Shown one piece after another: positions 1-17,639 of a stretch of 64,000 nucleotides of DNA. Position 1 is the stretch's first letter, and every line of letters starts with the position of its first letter. The notes beneath the pieces were generated by a model, which searched no databases, was not told where the DNA came from, and saw nothing but the letters and a program-made list of their open reading frames with translations. Location: positions 26,164,001-26,228,000 of the forward strand of contig OZ024762.1 of assembly GCA_964016885.1 (NCBI GenBank), read 5' to 3'. Position numbers and translations under genes: made by a program. This DNA is from Eledone cirrhosa. Its lineage: Eukaryota.

Positions 1-159
1 GTGATATACAAATTAAAATGAAGAATTAGAAGCCAGGACTATTTTTAATTCTTCATTTAGTAGAGCACCGATGATGGATAGTCCAGGCTTGCTTTTATTT
101 CTAATTCTTAATTTTAATTTGTTTATCACATCTGCAACAACACAGCACGCTATTTTTCA

Positions 160-194
<35 letters not shown>

Positions 195-201
195 TATATA
201 T

Positions 202-1131
202 CGTTTCTGAATTTGTTTAGCAAGATTCTTTATCTGAAAACGTGTGTTGAAACCGATATTGTTATACTTTGGGAGGGTCATGTTGCCAATAAGAAACACA
301 CGCACCAGTTGCTTTCACTTCAATTTATTATAATATATTTATAAATTTAGGAATTTATAAATTTCCGGTTGGTTGGTTGGTTGGTTCCACAACCAGATGG
401 TTGTTGATATATTGTCAAAGTTCTTTCGTCACACATTCTGTGACCTCTTCAGTGACTGGAGATTCTTTTCTTTGTTTTTTGTGCCTCTCCTTTGTTAGGT
501 CCTACGCCATATTGTTTTTTTGTGTGTGTTGTCTGCTTAGTTTGCGCATGTGTTACATCCGGGTGTCTGTGTGTGTTTATATTCGTTTATTTATTTGTTT
601 ATTTACATGTTACTGGTTGGTTGTTTGTTCTATGACGCAATGTTTAGACAAATCACAGAGGCAATAAACATAAATGAATTACAACCAAAATTAAATAGAA
701 CACATGACTGGAACAGCAACATCATAACTTACAATTAAGGACAAAATGAAAACACACACGCACATAGAACAAACAACCAACCAGTAACATGCAAATAAAC
801 AAATAAATAAACGAATATAAACACACACAGACACCCGGATGTAACACATGCGCAAACTAAGCACACAACACACACACAAAAACAATATGGCGTAGGACAG
901 AACAAAGGAGAGGCACAAAAAACAAAGAAAAGAATCCCCAGTCACTGAAGAGGTCACAGAATGTGTGACGAAAGAACTTTGACAATATATAAACAACCAT
1001 CTGGTTGTGGAACCAAACAACCAACCGGAAATTTATAAATTCCAAAATTTATAAATTTATTATAATAAATTGAAGTGAAACAACTGGTGCGTGTGTTTCT
1101 TAGTGGCAACATGACCCTCCCAAAGTATAAT
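202..1131. mobile_element. PLE family A, head-to-head insertion: inverted pLTR (202-633, minus) fused to the ORF 3' end plus pLTR (634-1131, plus)
   Basis: The right arm encodes DAMFRQITEAININELQPKLNRTHDWNSNIITYN*, matching the C-terminus of ORF 32228-33109. The left arm is the reverse complement of the pLTR. (AT)n lies on both flanks. Confidence 0.9.
941..983 (+). ncRNA. Minimal type-I hammerhead ribozyme (family A); inverted copy at 414-456
   Basis: GTCA-CTGAAGA-G-GTCACA(GAATG)TGTGAC-GAAA-GAAC-TT-TGAC: stem I GTCA/TGAC, 6-bp stem II, intact core. Confidence 0.8.
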
Positions 1132-1134
1132 AAT

Positions 1135-1180
<46 letters not shown>

Positions 1181-1247
1181 TTTGATTACCTGTACTGGAA
1201 CATTTATCAGAATGCTGTTGATGGGTGTATACATTTTGGGACACACT

Positions 1248-1321
<74 letters not shown>

Positions 1322-1807
1322 AGTATATGTTGCATGTTTACCGACACTTCACTATGCAGATTGGAGCACTTGACGAAGTACGCAGGTTGGCTTGGTTACT
1401 CAGGAGTAATGTAAAATAAAATAATTAAGTCAAATATTTAAAATTTGGCTTCGTTTATTAAAGACGTACTGCTAAATATATTTCAGTGACAGCCATCATT
1501 GGCTGTTACCTGTTCAGGCAGTCCGAATTGGTGTGGTAGAGACAGGTACACATGTTGTTAAATTGTTTTATTCCGTCAATACTCCGATATGTCGAGCTCC
1601 TGGTTGGATTGTTATTTCTCTGAGGAACTGGAATCATATGAATTCGAACAAACCAATTTCGGCATCATAGGACATTCTCTCCTCCCATTGCTCAGTTGTG
1701 ACAATATTCCTCAGTCAAAAGTCTATAAAAGTTTTTCTTAGGCATGACAATCTGTTGTGGTTGTTTTTGTTAAGTACAGCTGACCTCCTCCCTTGTGTTG
1801 TTAAAAG

Positions 1808-4315
<2,508 letters not shown>

Positions 4316-4960
4316 GTCTCTTATTTGATAATACTGTTTCGCAATATTAATTAGGAAGGGGAATACCAATTCTTGCTCATCAGCGGGTGAAGAATTATTA
4401 ATATCCTTGTCACGTCTAAGTATATTAAAAAACTGAATAGTGTGAGTAACAACGCACATGGTATCTGAACTTAGCGTGTCTGGCAAACTCACTACTAAAA
4501 ATAGCAGCCGGGTTTACTCGACATTTGAATTAGCTCGACGAAATATTGGAGCCGAACATATCAAAGGCATATTTTGAGTTAGAAACTAAAAACAGTCTCT
4601 TACAATAAATTAGTTCTAGGAAAGAAATTTTCCGAGCCGTATAATATAACTGAACAAAAGAGAAAACCGAACACAGACATATACATATATGTGTTGAAAT
4701 CGTAAGGGACCAGATTCGCTAAGGTGAAAAGAATACTAAATATAGACAATAGGGTTTGATAGACTCAATTAATGTATAAATCAAGAAAGTAAATACAAAC
4801 CAGAATTGTGGTAACTACCAATCACCCGGACAGCTTTGATAATACTGTTTGGGAGACACGGTAAGTTCAAATACCATGTGCGCTGTGTGTGTGTGTGCGT
4901 ACATATATATATATATATATATATAGGGGAAAAATATATATATATATATGTGTGTGTATG

Positions 4961-4998
<38 letters not shown>

Positions 4999-5002
<4 letters not shown>

Positions 5003-5215
5003 AAGACTAAAATCCAAAGAGGGCTCGATAAGGATAAATATATATCAAATATATAAGAACCGTAGGGCAAATATTTATTAAAATAACGGTTGCAACGTTT
5101 TTGAAATATCCACTTCTGCGTTTACAGATTGACTTTGTTAGTTTCAGAAGATTCCGTTAAGGGTGAAAGCAGCGATTCTTTGCTTAAACTTTAATCTGTT
5201 ATTTTAATAAATAAA
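4999..5215. mobile_element. PLE family E pLTR stub, inverted plus forward pieces
   Basis: 4999-5087 is the reverse complement of ~25209-25297. 5088-5215 matches 25098-25222. Confidence 0.8.
5140..5190 (+). ncRNA. Hammerhead-like motif with CAGAAGA core (family E); copies at 21141-21191 and 25151-25201
   Basis: AGTTT-CAGAAGA-T(C/T)CC GTTAA GGGT-GAAA-GCA(GCGATTCTT)TGC-TT-AAACT: stems I, II and III all pair. Confidence 0.6.
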
Positions 5216-5218
5216 TAA

Positions 5219-5250
<32 letters not shown>

Positions 5251-5472
5251 TATGTGTGTATATAAGGAGATGGAATTGTCCAAAAGAAAATATTTCGCTA
5301 CCTAATGATCGAAGAGGTGTGAATCTAGAGGCGCGAGAAAAATAATTTGTTTAAATAAACAATATATTTTACACCAGGTATTGATTAATCGTAGGCACTT
5401 TGGTTGACAGCATGTAATGTATAACATTTATAAACATATATACATACATGTACATGCATATATAGATGCATA

Positions 5473-5561
<89 letters not shown>

Positions 5562-5562
5562 A

Positions 5563-5623
<61 letters not shown>

Positions 5624-5756
5624 GTAAAAGGTAAACAGAAATAACAACACAATCGGTAAAGTGTGTGTTTATCCGTTATTTATATAAACAATTATTTATA
5701 TAAATATATGTTTATATATATATATATATATATACATATATATACATATACATATA

Positions 5757-5932
<176 letters not shown>

Positions 5933-6350
5933 GCACACATACATACACAGGTACAGTATATATCTATGAGCGTCTGTTTGTAACGAGCAAATATATATTG
6001 TATGAAGTACATGACATTTAAAATATGAGTATTAAAATCTGCTTATTTCTGACAGTAATTGATTTGTCGAAAATTAAACGGAAGTGTCTCCATTACAAAT
6101 ACACATCTTTCTTCCATATGTTACGATGTCGAAGCCATATTGGAAACCAATTATTGTAATTTCAACACATATAAAGCATCCTTGACACTTAACAGAGCTA
6201 AACCTCGTCGAGACATGCAATGTCATGTTCATATATACATATATATATACACATGTATGTACATATATATATACACATACATAAATATATATATACATAT
6301 ATATATTTAAATACATATATATATAAAATATGTGTGTACGTGTATGTCAG

Positions 6351-6495
<145 letters not shown>

Positions 6496-6531
6496 GTATA
6501 TATATATATATAAATATATATATATGTATAC

Positions 6532-6582
<51 letters not shown>

Positions 6583-6673
6583 TGTAGGTATGGGAGTATG
6601 TATTCATACATGTATGTAGGTATATATGTATGCATGTGTGTATGTATGCACATATGACTGCATGCATGCCTGC

Positions 6674-6706
<33 letters not shown>

Positions 6707-7369
6707 TGTGTGTGTGTGTGTGTTTGTATGTATTGGAACTGATTTTTGAAACCCCCAGCCCCACCATTTTACATTAATTAAACTAATGCTACTAAATACA
6801 ATTGCGTGCTACATTTGTATTTTCTCTATCTGATCTCTCTTTAAATGTATTCACAATTGCCATCGCATTTATCTTTGACATTTAATATCGATCAGGAAAT
6901 GTTCTTATCACACCTATCTACATGCACCCACACATACGTGCATATATAAATACTTATATATATATATGCATAGCCTACAGCCATGCTTGCATTCCTGCAG
7001 GTATATGTACATATATATATAGTCACATATGCCTATATACACCCATACATGATTGCATACATACATACAGGCATAGATGCATTCATGCAGACATACGTAC
7101 ATATAAGCATGCATATATGCCTATGTACATGTATATACGTATGTATACAAGCATGCATACATACGTATATACATACAGCTATATATGCATTACTGTATAC
7201 ATAGGTATATAACTTTATCGATTCATCCATATATGCATGCATCCATGTTTTCATAAAGATATATGCATAAAGACATATGTATACATGTTTATACATACAT
7301 GTATGTTTATATATAAATACACACACACACATACACACGTACATAAATATATACATACATATATATATT

Positions 7370-7416
<47 letters not shown>

Positions 7417-7520
7417 TTTACACACACATACTCACAGAGAAGCACGCACACATTTGCAGGATGTGCTCTTTATAAATCTTTATATAAAAAATATATAAAA
7501 CTAATATATATATATATAAT

Positions 7521-8368
7521 ACATTATGTTGAAAAGATAACACACTAGAGAGCGAGATAGTGCGTCATCAATCAAACAGGTAAAAACCACCAGTGTATGG
7601 ATTCTATAGCCCATGGAATTTATACTTTTAATTATTGTGCGTCTACTCTGCCTTCCATAGGCTATAGATTCCATACACTGGTGGTTTTTCCCTGTTTTAT
7701 TGATGGCGCACTATCTCTCTCTTTAGTGTGTTATCTTTTCAACATATTGTATTATAAAGAGCTCGGGATTCCTTCTCCTTTGAACACATTACTGACAGGG
7801 AATAGCGAGAGTCTATGGCTCCGTTAATTTATCGTGATATTTCGCTCCTATAACAGTCTTTCCTCTCTCTGTTTTGGTTGAGCACACTTCTCTGTGTGGT
7901 TTGGGCTGCCCTTTCTAGCAGCTCGTCCCTCAGAGGCCATTGGTTACTGCCCTATGCATGCTATGAATTCTCTCTCCCACGTGTGGCTGGACGGTCGCTT
8001 TAGATTCTTTTAGAGTTGTCTGAAATGAATAGCCTTACACACGCTAATGAACCATGGACCAATCATTTCTGTAAACAACTTATTTGGCGAAACAGATCTT
8101 TTTGGATTTGTACGTGTGTGTTAGATAGTTATCGAGGTATGTATTTAATTTATACTTTTAATTATTGTGCGTCTACTTTGCCTTCCACGCGCTATAGATT
8201 CCATACACTGGTGGTTTTCCCTGTTTTATTGATGGCGCACTATCTCTCTCTCTAGTGTGTTATCTTTTCAACATATTGTATTATAAAGAGCTCGGAATTC
8301 CTTCTCCTTTGAACACATTACTGACAGAGAATAGCGAGATACTATGGCTCCGTTAATTTATCGGGATA
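7521..8368. mobile_element. Non-coding pLTR-type element: inverted ~90-bp piece (7521-7611) plus ~220-bp direct repeats (7617-7838, 8146-8368)
   Basis: Directly visible inverted and direct duplications, with (AT)n at both ends. Confidence 0.7.
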
Positions 8369-8381
8369 TATATATATATAT

Positions 8382-10736
8382 AAAAGTGAAGAATAACATG
8401 GTTGACAGTACAAACAAGGATATTACAATTGTTTCCATGATAGAATTGTCTATAAATTGCTAAATACAGGAGACAGTATAACTCAATTTACAATACATCT
8501 AACTTCAATCATCTCATCAGAAACTATTAAGAAATATAAAATATATGCGTAACCGTAAACTTAAAAATTCAAATTACTACATCAATAATAGTATTAATAA
8601 TAAATGAATAAAGGGAGGGGGACAGGTGGAAATGAGAAAGAAAGAAAGAGAATGACGAAAGAAGGAACGAAGATATAGTTAAATGTATAACCGGCAAAGT
8701 TACGAAATCAAACTATCACATCAAAATAAATATAATATTAATAATAATAAAGATATATATAGAAAGAGAGAGGGGGGATATAGCATAGGCAAAGAGGAAG
8801 GATAAGTAAGGAAGATGAGAAATAAATAGAGGAAGATTAAGAGGGATGAGGAAGCAGAGGGGGATAGAAATTAATCATGAATATGGGAATATGAAGAAGA
8901 GAAAAAGGAAAATAAACATACGGACGAATATACATTACTCTGTAAAATAGCTAGTTTGAGATGTATTATATGATAGGATAAAATGATCGACATAAAATAT
9001 GTTTAAGTGGGGAAATACAAAGACAAATGATGAAAGGTGTATATATATATATAAGATAATAATGATGTAAATACAAATAAAAATAAAAATAATGATGTTA
9101 ATACAAATGTTTTTAGGTTATTCTTACGTAATTATGAAGTTTGTGATAATTTGATATCGTAATAGGTGCTAAAAGTATAAAAAGGAATAAAGAGTAGAAA
9201 ATGGAGTTAAGTAGGTCTAAAGTTCAGGAACTTCGTTGCTGATTTATGCCAGCAAAAGATAGTTCGCTTAATTCTGCTAAGAAGGGTTTTACTAAAATTA
9301 AGAATTTGGAAGAGCTCCATATTACAAAGCCTACAATGGGACATACCAGTTTGATAGGCCTTAGCATTTGACAGTATTTTCCAGCTGATCTCGTATTTAA
9401 TGCCTGCATTCTTGAGTTGCCATATTTTATTGGCAAGAGATGTATTTGATTGATTCTTATTAATCATAGAATGTCTGTGCACGTCCCATCGTTTTTTGAA
9501 AACACCAGCTGTGGAACCAATGTAATACCATGCCAAGCTACCTGAGTTGATAGTACACAAGTATACTACGTTTTTCTCAAAGCATCTGTTTAGTAGAGGG
9601 CAATTGTCGGGTAAGTGGTAATTGCATAGAAATGTTTTCCTATGCGCCGGTTCTACTATATTATTTTGAAGACTGTTATGTATGGGCTGCGAATTAGGTT
9701 TGTTGTAAAACCCTTCTTAACAGCAGAATTGAGCGAACTGTCTTTTGCTGGCATAAATCAGCAACGAAGTTCCTGAACTTTAGACCAACTTAACTCCATT
9801 TTCTACTCCTTATTCCTTTTTATACTTTTAGCACCTATTACGATATCAAATTATCACAAACTTCATAATTACGTAAGAATAACCTAAAAACATTTGTATT
9901 AACATCATTATTATCTTATATATACGTTACGGCCCTTGCCATTCTGAGTTCAAATCCCGCCGAGGTTAACTCTGCCTTTCATCCTTACGTGGTTGATGAA
10001 ATAAAGTACCAGTAATACACTGCGTAATTGCTGGCCTTGTGCCTAACATAGAAACAATTATTATTTTATATATATATATACACCTTTCACCATTTTTCTT
10101 TGTATTTCCCCACTTAAACATATTTTATCTCGATCATTTTATCCTATCATATAATACATCTCAAACTAGCTATTTTACATAGTATATGTATATTCGTCCG
10201 TATGTTTATTTTATTTTCTCTCTTCTTCATATTCCCATATTCATGATTAATTTCTCCCCCCCCCCCCCTGCTTCCTCTATTTCTTTCTCATCTTCCTTAC
10301 TTATCCTTCCTCTTTGCCTATTCTATACCCCCTTCTCTCTTTCTATATATATCTTTATTAATAATAATATTATATTTATTTTGATGTGATAGTTTGATTT
10401 CGTAACTTTGCCGGTTATACATTTAACTATATATTCGTTCCTTCTTTCGTCATTCTCTTTCTTTTTCTCTCATTTCCATTTGTCCCCCTTCCTTTATTTA
10501 TTGATCATTAATACTCTTATTGATGTAGTTATTTGAATTTTTAAGTTTACCGTTACGCATATATTTTATATTTCTTAATAGTTTCTGATGAAATGATTGA
10601 AGTTAGATGTATTGTAAATTGAGTTATACTATTTCCAGTATTTAACAATTTATAGACAATTCTATCATGGATACAATTGTGAGACTGTAAATAAATATCC
10701 TTGTTTGTACAGTCAACCATATTATTCTTCACTTTT
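8382..10736. mobile_element. Head-to-head PLE insertion with ~900-bp inverted arms (8382-9290, 9707-10736) and a GIY-YIG remnant on the minus strand (~9207-9640)
   Basis: CPLLNRC...VVYLC...YYIGSTAGVFKKRWDVH...TSLANKIWQLK...CRLCNME. The arms are diverged reverse complements. Confidence 0.85.
9925..10062 (+). mobile_element. 5'-truncated tRNA-derived SINE (family 1, Nin/Deu-like central domain), in the right arm only
   Basis: B box GAGTTCAAATCCC, then GCCTTTCATCCTTACG..GAT.AAATAAAGTACCAG. Matches copies at 36777, 41744, 44384 and 45284. Confidence 0.85.
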
Positions 10737-10900
10737 TTATTACTCCAAGATATATTTACATAGGAATACAAGCGAAGTCATAAAATCGTCATCAACGTAA
10801 ACCTCTTGTTGAGTCACACAGCACCGTACGCTTAAACTGTCCATGATAAGTAGTTTTCACAGACTCTTATCGGATTACCTTTAACGATTTATTGTTATCC

Positions 10901-10943
<43 letters not shown>

Positions 10944-12610
10944 GTTATATAGTAAGGTGTATTATTGGTTGTGTCAAACGGTTCAATAAACTTTTGTTAG
11001 CAATATTAAGTTCTCCATGCTTTTGTATATCTCCAACTCCATTTATGGGAACAGCTAGATGATGTAAGACGGAGTATTTGTATCAAAATAAAGATCCGAA
11101 AGCATGGTATAAATTTCCAATCATTTTAATCACGTCACATGTTTCAATAAGATATAGATCGATCGTGTGGCCATGATCGATTATCACTGATAGCGTCAGG
11201 TGAAAATGAATTGTCTTCAAATCCTTGATATGAGGGAGAAAATTTAACGATGTTCTCTCACTAGAGTTTTGTCCCCCATATGAAGATTAAGCAGGCAAAA
11301 CACGCCGACTGATATCGTCCTCAGTTAGGGTCATAAAACTATCAAGTGTCTATATCTCAATAGCTGTAAAAGACGCTTGACGAGTCTAATCTCAACATCA
11401 AATCTTCAGAATTACAGTCGGTCACAGTTAGTGTGAGTGAGTAAACACACACTCACACACACCGACGCGAGGTCGGAAAAAATATATATACCAACATAGT
11501 ATTCACCGCAAGTCAGTTTACAAAACAACAAATGTTATATTGGTCAAATCTCAATTTGACGATGTAAATTGGAGAAATCGGGTCAACCGCAACCCTATAC
11601 ACACGCAAGTAAATTCAGTTCAATGTTCTGCTATACGTGTATCGATTGAATTGTAACATCCGCATCTTCTAAAAAGTGTATGTTTTGGTATATACACATC
11701 CATGTGAAGACCAAGTAGTCAGCTCATATCGAACTCTGTTGCTCCATTGAGAATCTGAGTCCCCAAATCTGTGCGTGCAAGCAACCGCCATGTAGGCCAC
11801 CAAGGGGCTCTGTGTAGGGTTGGTTATTTGAGTTAAGGTGTCAGTATGTGCGTTTTGCCGTCATATGGGCCCTTGGGATATTAAGATATGTGTTTGAGTG
11901 TGGAGGTGTGTTACCCAACACAGAAATAAAATAAAATAAAATAAAATAAAATAAAAAAGAATAGCAAAAACCCGAGGTGTGTGTAAGCCCATTAATGGTT
12001 TGTAAGTAATATTGTCCAATCAGTAACTGTGAGCACTCCATCGTTAGATGATCACCGATCAAAACCTAGTGTAGTGTTCAATTGATAGGATCGTGACCAG
12101 TCATAACTGTGGGAACTCCGTGTCTAAAGAAACCGGATACTGTGTGTAGAGTCATGTATAAAGAGCGTAATGGGTCTTAACTGAGTGTGTAATACGTCTA
12201 ACTATTTACTAACTGAGAGAACTCAATGGTTAGGGTATTCTAAAGTAATGGTGAATGCGCGTAATCGGTCTTAACTGAGTGTGTAATCATTCTAACTATT
12301 TACTAACTAGGTACTCTAAAGTAGTGGTAAATGTTCACTCAGCTGTGAGAACTCTGTGGAAACAAACCGAGTACCGTTTGTAAGTGCGCAAACGATCTTA
12401 GCTGTCTACTGCCTGAGTGTGTGATTGTCTGTTTTTTTGCTAATTGAAAGAACTCTATGGCTAAGGTAAAAAGGGAGGAGTTAGTGGTAGGTTACTTTCC
12501 AAAAATCCTGCGGAAGGTTTTCGAGGTTCTATGTTGGCAGTTGCTGAAACATCCGCTCTCCTATTGATTAGTAGGGGGCCGCCTCTAATAATATTGGAAG
12601 TAATAGCGTT

Positions 12611-14100
12611 ATGGGCCAGGTGGCGAAAAGTGGTGTTGTCGACTTCGTAAATATTATGGGATTGTTTGACAGTGCTGACGTATGCCACTTGGTTGGCTTA
12701 TTTATTTTAGACATATTACATGTTAGATTCCCGGACTTCCACACGGGAATATACCGGGACGATGGACTGACCTTATCGAGCCTTAAAAGTGGTCACGCCC
12801 TCGACCGGTTTAAAAATGACTTAGCTTCTACCTTCAATGAGTTAGGACTTAGGATAATAGTAGCTACCAAACTCTCTAGCGTAGATTTCTTAGACATTAA
12901 TTTAGACCTTCGTACACACACCTACAGACCCTTCAATAAGCTAAACGAAAAACTCAATTACATTCACAAGGACTCATGCCACCCTCCCACTGTTTTTAGA
13001 AACTTCGTAAATAATATCAGTACTAGAATCTCAAACCTCTCCTCTAATAAGGCTATCTTTGACAGGGCGGCACCCTACTATAACACGGCGTTAGCTAACA
13101 GCGGCTTCTCGCAATCTATCACTTACTCTCCCACTATCAACAACAGCAATAAGAAAAGAAAGCGTAACAATAGACAAACTATCTGGTTCTCTCCTCCCTT
13201 CTCACTCAACGTTAAAACCAATGTAGGCAAAACATTTCTAGCCCTCTTAGATAGACATTTCCTCATAGGTTATAAATACTGCTCCATCTTTAACCGACAC
13301 AAAGTAAAATTAGGATACTCCTGCGCTAAGAACATGAAGGCCCACATCACCAACAGCCCTACGAGCAACACCCCACCAGGGTGCTCTTGCCGTAAGCCCG
13401 AAACTTGTCCCCTGCAACAGCAATGCAACACACCCGCTGTATTTTATGAAAGCTGTGGTCACTTCCAACCGACCAAATCAACCACATGAGGTCAAATCCT
13501 ATGTGGCTATGGCGGAGGGCCAATTTAAGGAACGCTTCCTGAACCACCAGTCGACCTTTAGGTACCCGGAGAGACGTTCATCCACGAAACTCGCGAGCAA
13601 CGTATAGTCCCTCAAGGACTCAATTATAGACTACTCCATTTAATGGAAATCCATCACTAAGTCCAAGCCATATGCAAGGGGAAATCCGTCGTGTGGACAA
13701 TGTATTGATGAACGAACAAATATTCTATAGAGATTATGCAATAGCGATTGACTAAACACGAGGAACGAATTCTTTACACGTTGTCCACACGTCTCGAAAT
13801 ACCTCTTACGTATCTACAAATCTCCGGATTGAATTACAATAACATCCTAATTTTCTCTTCAACTAGAAATTTTTCGGACTTTCGCAGTTATCTCCCTTAC
13901 ACTCTCGCACGCTTTTTAGTATTGCCTCTGTGAAGTGATCGTTTCTGCGCATGCGTGTTCGTACGGTTGTCCTTCCTGTTCCGTATAACCATGTCCATTA
14001 CGAGCTGAGGATCCGCTAAGGTGAAACAATTGTTCTCGGCATGGTGAACTAACTGTTGTGCAACCACTTCTACCTAACTCGTCCCATGGACGACTTAGGT
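12611..14100 (+). mobile_element. 5'-truncated PLE (family D): RT C-terminal half, thumb and frameshifted GIY-YIG, followed by pLTR
   Basis: MGLFDSADVCHLVGL, IYRDDGL, VDFLDINLDL, WFSPPFSLNVKTNVGKTFL, CSCRKPETCPL. The endonuclease continues in another frame with stops. Confidence 0.85.
14001..14038 (+). ncRNA. Minimal type-I hammerhead (family D)
   Basis: CGAG-CTGAGGA-TCC GCTAA GGT-GAAA-CAATTG-TT-CTCG. Stem III lies within the palindrome AACAATTGTT. Confidence 0.75.
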
Positions 14101-14139
14101 ATATATAAATATATATATATATATAGAGAGAGAGAGATA

Positions 14140-16186
14140 CCTAGGGCCCCCTCTCCCAATATATACATGCGAGCTTTTTTTTGTTTGTTTCAAATTGAAA
14201 ACAACAATATTAAACACAAATATCTATTGAAAAATACTAATTAATTTAATAAACTATTTTATTTAATTTTCACAATTACTTCTAATGGGATGGGTGTACT
14301 TGGTGTAGGGATATTATTTTCTCCACATCAGGCTGGAACTCACTCAGAAGAAGTCGTATATCCCCACGTTTGGTAATTTTAAGTCTGTTCCTTTGCTTGG
14401 AATGAAGCAAGGCAACTGCACTGAAGCCCCGTTCTACCAAATATGATGTTGGAAGGCAATAAAATATATCTTCACCTTGTTCCATAATACTGGGTAGAAG
14501 TCAGAGATTTTTTTTTGTAACCCACAATCTTGATATGATTTCTTGAACTTTGGCCTTAGTTCAATGCCGTTTTGGATTGAAACTAATTCTTCCTCTGCCT
14601 CTCCTGTGTCCTCACTGCTGACATCTAAGAATGGATTGATTACCCAGTCTGGTATTTTAAACAATAAAAGATCCTGAAATCTTTCAGACTTATCTCTTTG
14701 CAACTCTTCCAGGTGAGCACAATACACTTGAAGGTCATCATCTGATATGCTCTTCTCTTTCTCCAATTCAGAGAGGCTTGGAAACTGGTAGATTTCATGA
14801 CGGGCTAAGTTTCGTTTGAATAACTTACACTTAGACAGGAAGTTGGAGATAGTAGATTTTACTTTGATAAGGTTGACATCATTTCCTTGCAACTGCAAAA
14901 TAATTAAATTGAACTTTGTGAATATATCTGACAAATAAGCACTGTCATCCTTGATGTTTTTAAGATCATCACATAGCACAGAGTTATAGTGTTGGAAACA
15001 TTCTACAACTGTATCAAACTGTAAAGTTTCCCTTTAACAGCCATCTAACTTCTGTGTGTAGCAATAAACGTTCAGACTCTTCATCATTATCAATCCAAAG
15101 CTGTCGAAACAGTCTGGAATTGAGAGAATGTGCCTTGATTTTATTTACCGCTGTGATAACAGTATTCATTGATTTGTGAAGTCGACCACTTAGGATTTTT
15201 GCTACCAGATGCTACCTGATTCTCCCTTAGTGTCTGTGTTAAGTTGTCTTGCAAATAACAGCTGTTGAACCCACTTTCATCTTTGATAAAACGAACATAA
15301 GCAAGAAGCAAATATTCATTTCCTGGTAGAGTGGACTCATCCAACTGAAAGCTAAATTCTGTTGCACAATGTTTTCAGCCATTTCATCTACTCTTCTTTG
15401 AACCGAGTTATCACTGAGAGGGATAGCTTTATAATTTGGTCAGGTGACTTATGTACAACTGTGTGCAGAACCTCTCTTATTGCAGACAGAATAAGTTCCT
15501 CCCCAATCGTATGAGGTTTACCAGATCTAGCAATCAGCAAAGATATGTTGTATGAAGCACGCAAACCGTCAGTGGATTGTTGTGAAGTGCTAGCAAACAT
15601 ATTTGCAATAGTTTTTCGTTTCTGGAACTTTTCTCGAAGTGATTGAAAATATAATCTTTGTCTACTTAATCAGAGTGCATTTTTGTCAAATGTTCCAAAA
15701 GTCTGGAAGGTTTCATGGCTTCGTTTGAAAACACTTTCTCACACATCAAACACGTAGGTTTCTGTTGGCTGTGTGGTGCCTCTACAAATCAATATTTCAG
15801 ATATTCCACACTATACTGCCTACACTTCTTGTTTACTTACTGTGGTGTTGCCATTCTTTATTTTGGAAAAAAATAACATTTAATAACATATGTGTGTGTA
15901 TATGTGTATGCGTGCGTGTGTGTATGTATGTGTGTGTGTGTGTGAGTGTGTGTGTGTGTGTGTGCATACGAGTTCTTCTACCTTAGTGGCTGAGTCTATG
16001 ACATATATTTTGTCATTCAGATTTTGTAAAAAAAAGAAAAAAACAAGGTATTCATTGTTTAAAATTTAAACAATAAATAGCTTGTTTTTTTCTTTTTTTT
16101 AATACTACACTGTCGCCCCCCAACCACCCTCCGATATCAAAGCACTGCCCCCAAGGGGGCGGTACCGCCCACTTTAAGGAACAATG
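14140..16186 (-). mobile_element. Decayed hAT DNA transposon (Charlie/Buster, ZBED8/SCAND3-like transposase pseudogene)
   Basis: Fragments: BED finger (KCRQYSVEYL..CLMCEKVFSNEAMKPSRL), GKPHTIGEELI, DEST, AYLSDIF, and a C-terminus SYLVERGFSAV...HQVHPSH. The 5' end CATTGTTCCTTAAAGTGGGCGGTACCGCCCCC is TIR-like. Multiple frameshifts. Confidence 0.9.
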
Positions 16187-16325
16187 ATATATATAATTGG
16201 TGTTGGATGCTTAAAGCGTCCGTATACGGTAGGCCGTATGAGCACTCAATGCCCTCGTAGTGCAATAATTCCTTTCGTCGCAACACTGATTCTCTTTTTT
16301 CTGTGATACATATATATATATATAC

Positions 16326-16420
<95 letters not shown>

Positions 16421-16663
16421 TTGACTCGTTGGCTTTTCTAGAACAACATCGAGCTTGAGTTCTGTTGGCATAACTTCACTCACCTGAACTTTTGATCTTG
16501 CTATATACACTCTCTCTCTCACACTCAATTATACATATATGTGTGTACATATATATTTCTGTCTGTATCTCCGTATATATACATATATATGTGTGTGGGT
16601 TTGTGTTTCTGTGTAGGTGTGTGCATATATGTATATGTGTACATGAGTATTTTACTTTTATCC

Positions 16664-16728
<65 letters not shown>

Positions 16729-17380
16729 CGTGTATATGTACGTATATATGTATATGTATTATGTATATATATATAAGTATATGTCTGTATGTATATATAT
16801 ATGTATATGTATCTGTATATATATGTATATATATATGTATATGTATGTATATATATATATGTATATGTATGTATATATGTATATGTATATGTATATATAT
16901 ATACATATATATATACTTTTATATATATATATATAGATATATGCATATGTATATATATATATATGTATATGCATATGTATATATATATATATATATATGT
17001 ATATGCATATGTATATATATATGTATATATATATATGTATATGCATATGTATATATATATATATGTATATGCATATATATATATATATGTATATATATAT
17101 ATGTATATGCATATGTATATATATATATATACATATGTAATTATATATGTATATATATATATATATGCATATATATATATATATGCATATATATGTATAT
17201 ATATATATATATATATATACATACATATATATACATACACACCAATAATATACATACATACATATATATATATATACATATATACATACCAATAATATAC
17301 ATACATACATATATATATATATATACATACATATATATAATATACATACATTACTTGGCGTATATAATTACGGTATTTAG

Positions 17381-17495
17381 ATCGTTTTCCACTTTAAAGG
17401 TTAAATATATGACTAAAAATATCATCAAAGAAGGAGAGATCGTTGAAGTCGATGATAAAGCGACATATCTTAATATCTTCTTACGCTGGTCATGA
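17381..17495 (+). CDS. Candidate terminal coding exon of an unidentified host gene
   Basis: Non-repetitive island. TTTAG acceptor, then [37 protein letters not shown]. The polypyrimidine tract is weak and no family was recognised. Confidence 0.3.
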
Positions 17496-17639
17496 ATTAT
17501 TTAAAATAGCAACAATAACAGTATCATCAAGATACATCTTAGGTATATATACCATGACATGATATTTATCTATGTGTACTGCTATCGTATCAGCCACTAT
17601 TGGTTATGCCATACATATGTATGAGATGGCCTTATTGTT

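Noticed and set aside
1320-1800. Host coding exons in unique-looking islands (also 10750-11800, 19330-19470, 59560-59830)
   Set aside because: No recognisable protein motif or consistent splice-site pair.
10575-10610. Hammerhead-like CTGATGA...GAAG; similar weak cases at 20508, 26764, 42474, 55671 and 57300
   Set aside because: Stems or core do not pair convincingly; not counted.
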